Assembly (NCBI RefSeq): GCF_006345805.1
Contig: NW_021833216.1
Location: 1-28,939, forward strand
Length of the DNA: 28,939 nt
DNA from: Octopus sinensis
Taxonomy: Eukaryota
Direction: 5' to 3'
Both the position numbers and the translations under genes were made by a program. Position 1 is the stretch's first letter, and every line of letters begins with the position of its first letter. The notes beneath the pieces were generated by a model. It searched no databases. It saw only the letters and a list, made by a program, of their open reading frames with translations, and had not been told where the DNA came from. This document shows, one piece after another, positions 11,270 to 23,480 of the stretch.

Positions 11270-11780
11270 CGGGTTTAGCATTGAAAAGCAGGGATGGGGG
11301 CTGGGTGCTTGGATAAGATGTGGATGTCAGGTTGATCCAAGTTATCTCCATGGTGGTCTTTGGCATGTTGGTAGAGTATAGAAGACTGTTTTCTGTCGTC
11401 AAGTTGTTTTAAATGTTCATTCATCCGTTCCGCAATGCTCTTAGACGTCTCCTCTATGTACATCATGTTCATGTCCTTACAAGCACCTTCTATGCATCTT
11501 ATATTGTAAACTACATTTCGAGTTCTACAGTTAATACCAGGGCTAATTCTACATGCAGTTATCAATTGTGCATATGGTATTCTTAAACGGGCATGTCCTT
11601 CATAATTGTGACCTGACGGAGTTCCTTGGTTTTTCAACAATTTTAATGTTGAGTTTGGTCTCTTTCAGAGCTTTTCTAAATCTACGGGCTAGTTCTCCAT
11701 GGGCTCTGGCCTCTACTAATATCACTCCTTGAATTTTTACTGGTGAGTGTGTATTTAATAATAAGGCACTAAAGAGAAAG
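11270..11780 (-). mobile_element. Penelope-like element C-terminal fragment (GIY-YIG endonuclease)
   Basis: HGELARRFRKAL...IKIVEK, then NCRTRNVVYNIRC...MMYIEETSKSIAERMNEH...LYQHAKDHH (VVY..YIGET..R..EH pattern). Confidence 0.87.
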
Positions 11781-11821
11781 ACTATCCCCAGACACAACAG
11801 AATATACACTGTTTTCGCTAA

Positions 11822-12006
11822 TTACTCTTTCACTCACTTTTGCTACTTTCAGTTATTTGACTGCGGCCATGTTGGAGCACCGCCTTCAGTCAAACAAATA
11901 GAGCCCAGGACCTATTCTCTTTTGCCGAACCGTTCAGTTACGGGTGCGTGAAAACAGCAGCATCGTTTGTCAAGCGCTGTTCGATGGATAAAGAGGCATA
12001 CAAACG

Positions 12007-12088
<82 letters not shown>

Positions 12089-12265
12089 TGTATCATACAC
12101 ACGATGGGCTTCATTTAGTTTCCGTCTACGAAATCTATTCACAAGGCTTTGGTCACCCCGAGGCTATAGTTGAAGACACTTGTCCAAGGTTCCACGCAGT
12201 GGGACTGAACCCAGAACACAGTGGTTCGTAAGCAAGCTACTTATCACAAAGCCGCTCCTACGCCT
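11822..12265 (-). mobile_element. Full-length tRNA-derived SINE with internal (TA)n (octopus OR/OK-like by recall)
   Basis: Head aggcgtaggagcggc, B box gggttcagtccc (plus 12201-12212), core cttggacaagtgtcttc, internal (TA)n at 12005-12091, tail ctccaacatggccgcagtcaaataactgaaag...agagtaa. Confidence 0.88.
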
Positions 12266-12269
12266 AGCA

Positions 12270-12271
<2 letters not shown>

Positions 12272-12316
<45 letters not shown>

Positions 12317-12400
12317 AAACTGAAATGCGAAAAGTTTGTTTGTTTGTTTGTCTGGAACAGTTTAAAGACCACTACATCCCGTCGGATTGACTCCAAAATT
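12272..12400 (+). mobile_element. (TA)n plus probable Helitron 5'-end fragment
   Basis: tatataaaactgaaatgcg..(gttt)n gtctg resembles the 5' end of the Helitron at 22468 read on the minus strand. Confidence 0.5.
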
Positions 12401-12816
12401 TACGGTTCGTGATCAATCATTCTCACAGAAATGCATGCACAAACAGACACAGAATGTCATGGTTTAAAGGTCAACATGTTTAAAACATAAATAGCTACGA
12501 GTTTGCCTATATGCATGTATCTATGTGCATAAGTGCGGACGTGTGTTTCCAGAATGTCTCAGTTTTAAGGTCAACATATTTAAGACATAAATAGGTACGA
12601 GATTGCGTCTTTGCATGTATCTATATTCGTGGGTGCGGACGTGCGAGTGTTTGTGCGTGTGTGAGCACAGTCCACCTATACCCAAGCTGGTTGCATCGTC
12701 TCATAAGAACCAGCCGTGAAAGTTCCGGATCACATTAATGAACTCATTTGCATACAAACAATTAGGACTCGCCTTGAACTTGTCCGGTTAACAAACAGTA
12801 GTGTCTGAATGGGAAT

Positions 12817-13140
12817 TAGCTTGCTTACCTAACAAATGTTTTCGAGTTCAGTCCCACTGGGTGGCATGTTGGGCAAATGTCTTCTACTATAGTCTCGGGC
12901 CGACCAAAGCCTTGTGAGTGGATTTGGGAGACGGAAACTAAAAGAAGACTGTCGTATGTATGTATATATATATATATATATGTAGCAGTAAGAGTGGCTA
13001 TGTAGCTTGCTTTCCAAACACGGTTTTCTGGTTCAGTCCACCTACGTGGCCCCATGGGCAAGTGTCTTCCAATATAGCCTCAGACAGACCAACGTTTCTG
13101 AGTAGATTTGGTACACGGAAACAAAGTAGCCCGTGGTATA
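12817..13140 (+). mobile_element. Two tandem SINE head+core halves without tails
   Basis: tagcttgcttacc..gagttcagtcccactg..ttgggcaaatgtcttc..acggaaact (12817-12958) and a second unit at 12985-13140, separated by (TA)n. Confidence 0.85.
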
Positions 13141-13147
13141 TAGATAG

Positions 13148-13275
<128 letters not shown>

Positions 13276-13631
13276 GGTTATACAGATATATGTATATACA
13301 TATAGATATTTAAACATATAAGGGATGGCCATAATGGGACATCCGACTCACTAGAGAGAGCAGTTAAACTCAAAAAAATCGTAAAAGTCTGTCATGTCTG
13401 AATAATATATTCGAAAGTTACTTCCTCTTGCTCATTATAATTTATTAAAAGTAATATAATTGTATGTAAGGAAAGTAACTCTGGAAGATGTTATCTAGTT
13501 ATCTCCCTTCCGAGAGTTAATTTCCTTAAATATTTTTTATTGTTAAATTATAATATTCAAGGGAAGTAACTGTAGAAGATACTTTGTAGTTATCACCCTT
13601 AAGTATGTAGTTATCGTAATATACGCTTTGT

Positions 13632-13780
13632 CGCTCTTAGACTCTTTCAGTTATTTCACTGTGACCATGGTGGAGCACCGCCTTTAGTGAAGCAAATCAA
13701 CCCCCCAGGAATATTCTTTGTATGCCTATTACTTAATGTATAGGTCTCTTTTGCAGAACCGATAAGTTACGGGGACGTAA
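13632..13780 (-). mobile_element. SINE tail half
   Basis: ggagcaccgcctttagt...cttttgcagaaccgataagttacggggacg; duplicated at 18581-18724. Confidence 0.8.
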
Positions 13781-14937
13781 TGTTCGATGTACTGATTTAG
13801 TAGTATTATTTATCGTAAGAATTTCAATTATCATAAATATGGGCTAGGAAAAATACTAGAAACTTTTTTGATAGACCTATTGGGGCTCCTTTTGTGTGTG
13901 GGACTGTTTTTATTTATGTGAGTGTAGGTATTTTCATTTCAGTGTTTGTGTGTGTGTGTGTCGTCTGTGTGCACGAGTGTGTGAGCGACTGAGTGTTTCT
14001 ATTTGTTTGTGTGTGCGAGTGTGTGAGCGACTGAGTGTTTCTATTTGTTTGTGTGTGTGTGCGACACTTACAACTACAACAAACACATTGACCATTTCTA
14101 AGATACCCACATTTAAAATCACTAACTACTAAATCAAAATAAGTTCAGTTTATTGCACCTTTAGTGGCTTCAGATATTGCTCATATTTTTCCCATGTGTC
14201 GTCAATGTATTAATTTCACAAGTGGATGACAGAAATTCTAATACTGGCGTGGAGGGAGCTGATATTCTAACTGCGAGTGCAAAGCACCCAATACCCCTCT
14301 ACATTCTGAATAAATTGTATGTTTGTGCTAGTTAGGGTTTTATGTGTGAATGTGTAACTGCGTTTTCATTTCTGTGTGTGGGTGCGTATGTTTGTGTGTG
14401 ACTATTTTCATTTCTATTTGTGTGTGTGCATGTGTAGGTATGTAACTGTTTTCATTTCAGTGTTTGTGTTTGTGTGAATGTTTTTATTTCTGTGTATACG
14501 TGTGTGTGAGCGTATGTTTGTATGCGACAATTACAGCTACAACAAATACTTTAAGCATCTCTAAGATACCCACATTTGCAGATCCCTAAGTTCTAAATGA
14601 AAAGAAGTTCAATTTATTGCACCTTTAGCGACTTCAGATTTGCGAGTGTTAATCACCCAATGCCTCCCGTATCTACATACCTGGATCGGCCATTATTGGC
14701 CTCATTCGGAGATCTCTCGGGTGTGGAATATTTATGACTATAGAAGTTAACTTGTTACAGGTTTTGTTTATGGCTTAACTTTTGTAGATTTTGGAAGTTC
14801 ATAGTTATGTTTTACTGGCTTTGCAGTCAATCTAGTCAAGCAATTTGAGTCCTTTTTTGTTAAACCGTGTTGGAACTGGTGGATAAGAGTAGACAGTTTG
14901 GTCATTATCTTCGATTGACTGTAGTTGTTGATGCTTT

Positions 14938-15068
14938 TAACCGATGCTGGTGTGTTTTACTCCCTATATTTTAGCGGTTCGGCAAAAGAGAACAAGTTAG
15001 AATAAATACTAGGCTTACAAAGAATATGTGCTGCGGACGAAGTGCTCGATTAAAGGCGGCGCTCCAGT
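14938..15068 (+). mobile_element. SINE tail half
   Basis: ccgatgctggtgtgtt..ttagcggttcggcaaaagag..aaaggcggcgctccag; the same variant recurs at about 20008, 21009 and 21697. Confidence 0.8.
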
Positions 15069-15449
15069 ATATATATATATATATATATATATTTTTATAT
15101 TTATATATACACATACAGATATACGTATATATACCCACACACGCATATATATAATCTAAAACAAAAAAGCAACTGGATTATGTCCGAAGAGTAGTAATAG
15201 ATAACATTATTACTTTATATATTTGTGGGGTGTAGTGAAATATAAATGATCAGCTAGTCAATGTTTATTTGTTAAAGGTACCAGCAGATTACTTGGATGT
15301 GTATGTGTCTGTGTTGGTGTGCGCATGGTCGTGTCTCCTTTCGCTGGCGTAAAACGACCACACCTATTACAGGAATTACAATATGAAACGTATTATATGA
15401 CGTTTAGGAGATATTTTCAGCTATCTCCCTAGTGAACAGCGACTTTTGT

Positions 15450-15612
15450 CGCTATTTGCTCTTTTACTCTCATTTACTTGTTTCAATCATTTAACTGGCC
15501 ATGCTGAAACAACACCTTCAGTCGAGCATATCGACCCCAGGACTTATTATTTGTAGGCCTAGTTCCTATTCTAACAGTCTCTTTCGCTGAACCTCTAAGT
15601 TATGGGGTCCTA
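15450..15612 (-). mobile_element. SINE tail half
   Basis: ctcttttactctcatttacttgtttcaatcatttaactggccatgctg..cgaccccaggacttatt; paralog at 21404-21560. Confidence 0.8.
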
Positions 15613-15615
15613 GAC

Positions 15616-15658
<43 letters not shown>

Positions 15659-15911
15659 TGTATATAAAAGTACGTAGTCGCACACACAGAAATGGAAATA
15701 CACACATCTAACCCTAACCCAGTTTCATCTCCCTTTGGCATTTAAACTTAAATATAAAAATGAATCTCAAACCAAGGAAAGTAACTCCCTCTACATCTCT
15801 TACTTGACAAGAGTTACATCCGTTGATTGATACTAATATAATTTAACATTAAGATACGTAAATAGTGTTTGAATAATAATAGGCTGGAATGGATTAGGGT
15901 TAGATTTAGGT

Positions 15912-16162
15912 TAGAAGACAATTGGACAAGATGCGAGGCAGTGGGATGAAACTGAAACCATGTGGTTCGTAGGCAAACTACTTACCACATAGCCATTCCT
16001 GCGCCGATATTCATATATACGACGGGCTTCTTTCAGTTTCCCTCTTCCAACCCTACTCAGAATACATTGGTCGACCCGGGGGTATAGTTGAATACACTTG
16101 CCGAAGGTGCCACGCTGTTGGATTGAACCCAGCACATTGAGGTTGGTGAGCAAACACTCTCA
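15912..16162 (-). mobile_element. Tandem SINE head/core halves
   Basis: gcagtggga..gaaaccatgtggttcg..cttaccacatagccattcctgcgcc followed by gacgggcttctttcagtttcc..acacttgccgaaggtgcc; paralog at 16614-16940. Confidence 0.8.
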
Positions 16163-16613
16163 CACATGCGCGAGCGCAAACAGACACAGAGATGAAAGCA
16201 CACATATTGGCTGACCCACACACTCATAAAATTTCTTCAGAGTGTCACGGTTTTAAGGTCAACATATTTAAAACATGAAATAGCTTTGCATGTATCAATG
16301 TGCATGAGTGCGGAAGTGTGGGTATTTGTGCGTGTGTGAGCACAGTCCACACATACCCAAGGTTGTCGCATCGGCTAATGTGACCCACACGCGAAAGTCT
16401 GTTTTACCCAGACATACACATACAGATATACGTGTATATACCCACGCACGTATATGTAGTGTCTAAAACAAAAAAACTGTAAGGGATGGAACGGGAGTTC
16501 TTTCCGTTTTATTAAGAAAACTTGCATCTGTATGTGTGATAGTACGTGCGTGCATTTTCTCGTGTGCCCTTCGAGTGCGAACAAACACACACACACACAC
16601 ATTTAAACATATA

Positions 16614-16940
16614 TACGATGGTATTTTTTCAGTTTCCTTCCACTAAATCCAATCACAAGGATTAGGTTGGCCTTGGGGTACAGTAGTAGACAATTGCATA
16701 AGATGACAGGCAGTGGGAGTGAACACCAAACCATGTGGTTCGCAAGCGAACTACTTACAACATAGCCATTGCTACGCCGATATTCATATATACGACGGGC
16801 TTCTTTCAGTTTCCCTCTACCAACTCCACTCAGAATACTTTGGTCGGCCCAAGGCTATAGTTGAATACACTTGCCGAAGGTGCAACGCTGTTGGTTTGAA
16901 CTCATTGCATTGTGTTTCGTGAGCAATCTTTCTCACAGAA
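16614..16940 (-). mobile_element. Two tandem SINE head+core halves
   Basis: Same arrangement as 15912-16162. Confidence 0.8.
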
Positions 16941-17326
16941 ATGCGCGCACAAACAGACACAGAATATCACGGTTTAAAGGTCAACATGTTTAAAACATAA
17001 ATAGCTACGAGTTTGCATACATGCATGTCTCTATGTGCATGGTTGCGGACGTGTGTTTCCAGAATGTCGCAGTTTTAAGGTCAACATATTTAAAACATAA
17101 ATAGGTACGAGATTGCGTCTTTGCATGTATCTATATTCGTGGGTGCGGACGTGTGAGTGTTTGTGCGTGTATGAGCACAGTCCACCTATACCCAAGGTGG
17201 TTGCATTGTCTTATGGGAACCAGCCGTGAAAGTTCCGGACCACATTAATGAACTCATTTGCATACAAACAAGTAGGGCTCACCTTGAACTTGTCCGGTTA
17301 ACAAACAGTAGTGTCTGAATGGGAAT

Positions 17327-17640
17327 TAGCTTGCTTACCTAACAAATGTTTCCGAGTTCAGTCCCATTGGGTGGCATGTTGGGCAAATGTCTTCTACTAT
17401 AGTCTCGGGCCGACCAAAGCCTTGTGAGTGGATTTGGGAGACGGAAACTAAAAGAAGGCTGTCGTATATATATATGTAGCAGTAAGGGTGGCTGTGGTAT
17501 GTAGCTTGCTTTCCAAACACGGTGATTCTGGTTCAGCCCAACTAAGTGGCCCCATGGACAAGTGTCTTCCAATATAGCCTCAGACACACCAACATTTCTG
17601 AGTAGATTTGGTACACGGAAACAGAAAGTAGCCCGTCGTA
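17327..17640 (+). mobile_element. Two tandem SINE head+core halves (duplicate of 12817-13140)
   Basis: Direct sequence match. Confidence 0.85.
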
Positions 17641-17984
17641 TTTAGATAGGTGTATATATATATATCTATAATATGTATATATATATAAAGAGAGAGAGAG
17701 AGAGAGACATAAGTATATATTGACAGATTTATGTATATACATTTAGATATTTAAACATATAAGGGATGGCCATAATGGGACATCCGACTCACTAGAGAGA
17801 GCAGTTAAACTCCAAAAAATCGTAAAAGACTGTCATGTCTGAATAATATTTTCGAGAGTTATTTCCCCCGCATATTATAATTTAAATAAAAGTAGTATAA
17901 TTATATGTAAGGAACGTAACTCTGGAAGATGTTATCTAGTTAACTCCCTTCCGAGAGTTAATTTCCTTAAATATTATTTTATTA

Positions 17985-18478
17985 TGTGAATATTCTGCAT
18001 AGGCACACACACAAATTTACATTCATTTTCATTTACATTCCACTTCCACTTACACGACATTGGTTGGACTGGATCTATAGAAGGCACTTGCCCAGGCTGT
18101 GGCACAGTGGTGTACCATAGCCTATTTTACATAAATCTCATCACACACTTTAGCTATAATTGTATGGATGCCCCTACATAAACCCATCCCTGATCAAGAC
18201 AAATAGATGAAAGCTAAGTAGCGCTATGTAAACAATGCCAGCATACAAAAAGAAAAAAAAAACACAAGCACAAGAGATGCAGCACGGACTTTGTCAGTGA
18301 ACAGGTCGCGGATGTTAGCGACGAAAATATTTTGACAATTTAAACTTAAATGTTGAAGTGAATCGAACGGCTTTTGTGTGTTTCTTAATGGCTTATAAAC
18401 ACCTTCCACGCTGCAATTGTTTTCGTTTCAGCACACGATCTCAAATCAAATTACTTGCTATGCGAGTACATATCCGTA
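17985..18478. mobile_element. MITE-like insertion with 9-bp TSD
   Basis: Absent from copy A near 13540; flanked by ATTTTATTA at 17976-17984 and 18479-18487; ends weakly inverted (tgtgaatattctgcatagg vs reverse complement tacggatatgtactcgcatagc). Confidence 0.7.
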
Positions 18479-20229
18479 ATTTTATTATTGTTAAATTTTA
18501 TATTTAAGGGAAGTAACTGTAGAAGATACTTTGTAATTATTTCCCTTAGGTATTTCTAATTATAATATAGACTTTGTCGCTCTTTGACTCTTTCAGTTAT
18601 TTCACTGTGACCATGGTGGAGCACCGCCTTTAGTGAAGCAAATCAACCCCAGCAATTATTCTTTGTATGCCTATTACTTAACGTATAGGTCTCTTTTGCA
18701 GAACCGATAAGTTACGGGGACGCAATGTTCGATGTACTGATTTAGTGGGTATTTATTTATTGTAATAATTTCAATTATCATAAATTATGGGCTAGGAAAA
18801 ATACTAGAAACTTTTTTGATAGACCTATTGGGGCTCCTTGTGTGTGTGGGACTGTTTTTATTTATGTGAGTGTGGGTATTTTCATTTCAGTGTTTGTGTG
18901 TGAGAGAGGCTTTTTTTTCTGTGTGCGCGAGTGTGTGAGCGACTGAGTGTTTCTATTTGTTTGTGTGTGCGACACTTACAAATGCAAGAAGCACTTTGAC
19001 CATTTGTAAGATACCCACATTTGAGATCACTAACTACTAAATCAAAATAAGTTCAATTTATTGCACCTTTAGTGACTTGAGATGTTGCTCATATTTTTCC
19101 CATGTGTCGACAATGTATTAATTTCACAAGTGGATAAAAGAAATTCTCATACTGGCGTGGAGGGGGCTGATATTCTAACTGCGAGTTCAAAGCACCCAAT
19201 GCCCCTTTACATTCTGAATAAATTGTATGTTTGTGCTAGTTAGGGTTAGGGTTTTATGTGTGAGTGTGTAACTGCGTTTTCATTTCTGTGTGTGGGTGCG
19301 TATTTGTGTGTGTCTGTGTTTGTGCATGTGTAGGTATGTAACTGTTTTCATTTCTGTGTTTGTCCGCGTGTTTGAGTGTGTGAATATGTAGCTGTGTATT
19401 TTCATTTGTGTGTTTGTCTTTGTGCGTATGTGAGTGTTTTTGTGAGGATTTTTTTTCAGTGTTTGTGTGCGTGGGACTTTTTATATATGTGTGTGTGTGT
19501 TGGTATTTTCATTTCAGTGTTTTTGTTTGTGTGAATGTTTTTATTTTTGTGTGTACGTGTGTGTGAGCGACTGTGTTTCTATTCGTTTGTGTGTGTGCGA
19601 CAATTACAGCTACAACAAACACTTTAAGCATCTCAAAGATACCCACATTTGCAGATCCCTAAGTTCTAAATGAAAAGAAGTTCAATTTATTGCACCTTTA
19701 GCGACTTCAGATTTGCGAGTGTTAAGCATCCAATGCCTCCTGTATCTACATACCTGTATTGGCCATAATTGGCCTCATTCGGATATCTCTCGGGTGTGGA
19801 ATATTTATAACTATAGAAGTTAACTTGTTACAGGTTTTGTTTATGGCTTAACTTTTGTAGATTTTGGGAAGTTCATAGATGTTACTGGCTTTGCAGTGAA
19901 ATCTAGTCAAGCAATTTGTCTCCTTTTTTGTTAAATCGTATTGGAACTGGTGGATAAGAGTAGACAGTTTGGTCATTACCTTCGAACGACTGTAGCTGTT
20001 GATGTTTTTACCGATACAGGTGTGTTTTACTCCCTGTATTTTAGCGGTTCGGCAAAAGAGAATAAGTTAGAATATATACTAGGCTTACAAAGAAGTGCTG
20101 CGGACGATGTGATCGACTAAAGGCGGCGCTCCAGTATTTATATATATACTTACAGATATACGCATATATACTATATAAAACAAAAAAGAAACTTGATTAT
20201 GTCATTATTACTTTATTACAGATATTACA

Positions 20230-20592
20230 ACATGAAGCGTATTATACGACGTAGATAAAAGTCCTAGTGTCGATTTGCTCAAGAAAAGGATGTGCTCCAG
20301 CATAGGCACAGTGAAATGACTAAACCAAGAAAAGAGTAAAAGTAAATGTAAGGGAAGTAACTGTGGAAGATTTTTTAGTCATCTCCCTTTCTAGAGTTAA
20401 CCCCCCTGCATATTATTAGTTAGTAAATTATAATATGCGAGGTAAGTAACTCTACAAAGTAAGATAACTCCAAAATCTTCCAGAGTTACTTCCCTCACAT
20501 ATATTGATAATTGCTAAGTATGCTAGCGAAGGGAAGTAACTCTAGAAAGGGAGATAATTACAAAATTTCCAGAGTTACTTCCCTTACATGTA
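20230..20592 (+). repeat. SINE tail plus three-hairpin block, duplicated at 25947-26345
   Basis: acgtagataaaa.tcctagtgtcgatttgctc...aaagagtaaaagt...tccagagttacttcccttacatgta in both places. Confidence 0.9.
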
Positions 20593-21132
20593 TCAGTGTT
20601 TGTGTACGTGAAACTTTTTATTTGTGTGTGTGTGAGTGTCGGTAGTTTCATTTCAGTGTTTGTGTTTGTGTTTTTATTTCTGTGTGTATGTGTGTGTGAA
20701 CCTATGTGCGTTTTTATTCGTTTGTGTGTGTGCGACATTTACAGCTACAACAAACACTTTAAGCATCTCCAAGATACCCACATTTGCAAATCACTAGCTG
20801 CTAAATAAAAAGACGTTCAATTTATTGCTACTTGAGGTTTACGATTGTTAAGCACCCAATGCTCCCCGTATCTACATACCTAGTACTGGCTTTGCAGTGA
20901 AATCTAGTCAACAATTTGTCTCCTTTTTTGTTAAATCGTGTTGGAACTGGTGGATAAGAGTAGACAGTTTGGTCATTATCTTCGATTGACTGTAGTTGTT
21001 GATGTTTTAACCGATGTTTTACTCCCCGTATTTTAGCAGTTCTGCAAAAGAGAACAAGTTAGAATAAATACTAGGCTTACAACGAATAAGTGCTGCGGAC
21101 GATGTGCTCGACTAAAGGCGGCGCTCCAGTAT

Positions 21133-21189
<57 letters not shown>

Positions 21190-21560
21190 ATATTACATAG
21201 ATATAGGTGTATATACCTACATACGCATATATACTATCTAAAACAAAAAAGAAACTGTATTATGTCATTATTACTTTATTACATATATTACTTTCTTACA
21301 GATATTACAACATGAAACGTATTATATGACGTTAGGGAAGTAACTCAAGGAGATATTTTCTGCTATCTCCCTAGTGAACAGGTCATAGACTTTTCTCGTT
21401 ATTTACTCTTTTACTCTCATTTACTTGTTTCAGTCATTTGACTGAGGCCATGTTGCAGCACCACCTTCAGTCGAGCATATCGACCCCAGAATTTATTCTT
21501 TGTAGGCCTAGTCCTTATTCTATCAGTCTCTTACGCTGAACCTCTAAGTTATGGGGACGT
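20590..21560 (+). repeat. Third partial copy of the duplication (matches about 14400-15610)
   Basis: Shared gcgaca..ttacagctacaacaaac module, tggaactggtggataagagtagacagtttgg, plus and minus SINE tails. Confidence 0.9.
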
Positions 21561-21836
21561 AAACAGACTAGCATCCGTTGTGTACCAATGTTTGGGGACA
21601 AAGAGACACACGCACACACATATAAACATATATATGACTGGAGTTTTCCAGTTTCCTTCCACCAAATCCAATCACAAGGCTATAGTAGATTTTTCAAACG
21701 ATGCTGGTGTGTTTTCCTCCCTGTATTTCAGCGGCTCGGCAGAAAAGAATAAGTTAGAATAAATACTAGGCTTAGAAAGAATAAGTGCTGCTGACGATGT
21801 GCTCGAAGAAGATAGATTGGTATATATATATATATA

Positions 21837-22468
21837 CTAGCAGTATCGCCCGGCGTTGCTCGGGTTTGTAAGGGAAATAACTATATAAGCATTTTTAGAG
21901 AGTTATAGCCAAAAGATAGCAAAAAATGCATTAAAAATGGAAAAAATATGATGGTAAATTTTTTTAAAAATCGTTGACTCATCGTAGACATTTTTAGAGA
22001 GTTACTTCCCTTATATAATAGTGAAAAAATGCATTAAAATGGAAAAAAACGATGGTAAATTTTTATATCGTAGACTCATGTAGACGCTTTCGTAGCCATT
22101 TCTGTTTTGGTGTCTTCAAGCCATGAAGTCGTTGTTCTAAAAGAACGCTGGTCTCCTTGACAACGCATTACGACGTTGATTTCCTTACACTCCCTTCCCC
22201 ACAGGTACAGGTGTGAGCGTGGATGCCAACTCCGCCGCCATCGACACACGAAAAATTATGCATTAAAATGGAATAAAAAATGATGTTAAATTATTTTAAA
22301 AATCGTAGACTCATCGTAGACGCGCGCTAATACTCAGACGGGCTCGATATGAATCACGACTATAAGCTACCCGAATTTGGTTAAACTGCACCGCAAAATG
22401 TGGGAGTAGTTAGGAATCTAAATCGAAGGGGACAGACACTCACACAACTACAGTTTTATATATATAGA
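21837..22468 (-). mobile_element. Non-autonomous Helitron (Lep1-like termini), 632 bp
   Basis: Minus strand A|TCtatatatataaaac...cccgagcaacgccggg cgatactgCTAG|T: canonical 5'-TC, 3'-CTAG, subterminal hairpin (plus 21849-21864) and A|T target. Three internal copies of aaaatgcattaaaaatgg...catcgtagac. Confidence 0.88.
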
Positions 22469-22489
22469 TATACATAGCGCGGTAGTGGT

Positions 22490-23075
22490 GAGATGTGACA
22501 GCAAAGAAAAGCATACATTCACTCTCTGCATGCAATTATACTCGGAAAGTTCGTGAGGAACCCATTGACCCAATTTGCTGACTTTTCCGATAGCACACAG
22601 GTCTCAATGAATGGTTGAATGACCAAATCCAAGCTTCTCTGCTAGTTCCTCAATAGTTACGATGAGATTTTGTTCCACCAGGGTTTTCGGGATGTCCTTG
22701 TCGAGTTCTACAGATCTTTCAGGATGAGGCTCGTCTTCTAGGCTGTAGTTTATGGCTCGGAATTTCTGGAACCACCATTGACACTGCCTTACGCTTATTG
22801 TCCAATCCCCATATACTGCATTAATATTTCTTGTACTTTCCGTTGCGTTGTTGTCTTTATTGAACTCATAAAGCAAAATATGCCAAATATGCTCCTTTGT
22901 TACTTCCAACATAGCTTTGAAAAAAATAGCTGTTAAAATCGAAATGCACTCTTCAAAACTTGCACTATGAATAAGGACAAGATAAAATTACTACCTGCTT
23001 TTATAGCAAGTTAATATAAGTAGTTTATCCCATTCCCCTCTGACTTTTAGTTCAAGCTGTTGAAAAAACCGCATT
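22490..23075 (-). mobile_element. Mariner-family transposase 5' fragment
   Basis: EVTKEHIWHILLYEFNK..NATESTRNINAVYGD...WFQKFR...EDEP (Mos1-type HTH) and, after a frameshift, GKVSKLGQWVPHELSE; no catalytic domain. Confidence 0.92.
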
Positions 23076-23319
23076 ATTATATATATATACATACATACAT
23101 ACATATACACATACACTCTCTCTCTCTCTCACACACATGCACACATTTATATTCTGTTATTCTTTTATATGTTTCAGCCTTGAGGTTGTGGCCATGCTGG
23201 ATCATGTGTGTGTGTGTCTATCTGTCTGTCTGTATGTATATATGTATATGTATGTGTGTGAACAATAATATTTTCAACAGATGTGTTGCAAATGTATCTG
23301 ATTGTTCTCAAGCTTCAAT

Positions 23320-23480
23320 ACTGTGTGTTTGTGTATGTGTGTGTGTATGTATGTATGTATATGTATGTATGTATGTATGTATGTAGTATGTATATGTATG
23401 TATGTATGTGTGTGTGTGTATGTATGTATGTGTGTGTGTATGTGTGGTGTGTGTATGTATGTATGTATGTATGTATGAGT
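23320..23480. repeat. (TATG)n/(TG)n microsatellite
   Basis: Seen directly; explains ORFs 23060-23386, 23283-23765 and 23315-23509. Confidence 0.95.

Larger units (their letters stand above)
16910..20215 (+). repeat. Segmental duplication unit, copy B (carries an extra 494-bp insertion)
   Basis: Collinear with 12400-15200. Confidence 0.95.

Noticed and set aside
12735-12760. Octamer ATTTGCAT between divergent SINE heads (also about 17255)
   Set aside because: A single 8-mer in AT-rich DNA, duplicated only by the segmental duplication, with no downstream snRNA or gene.
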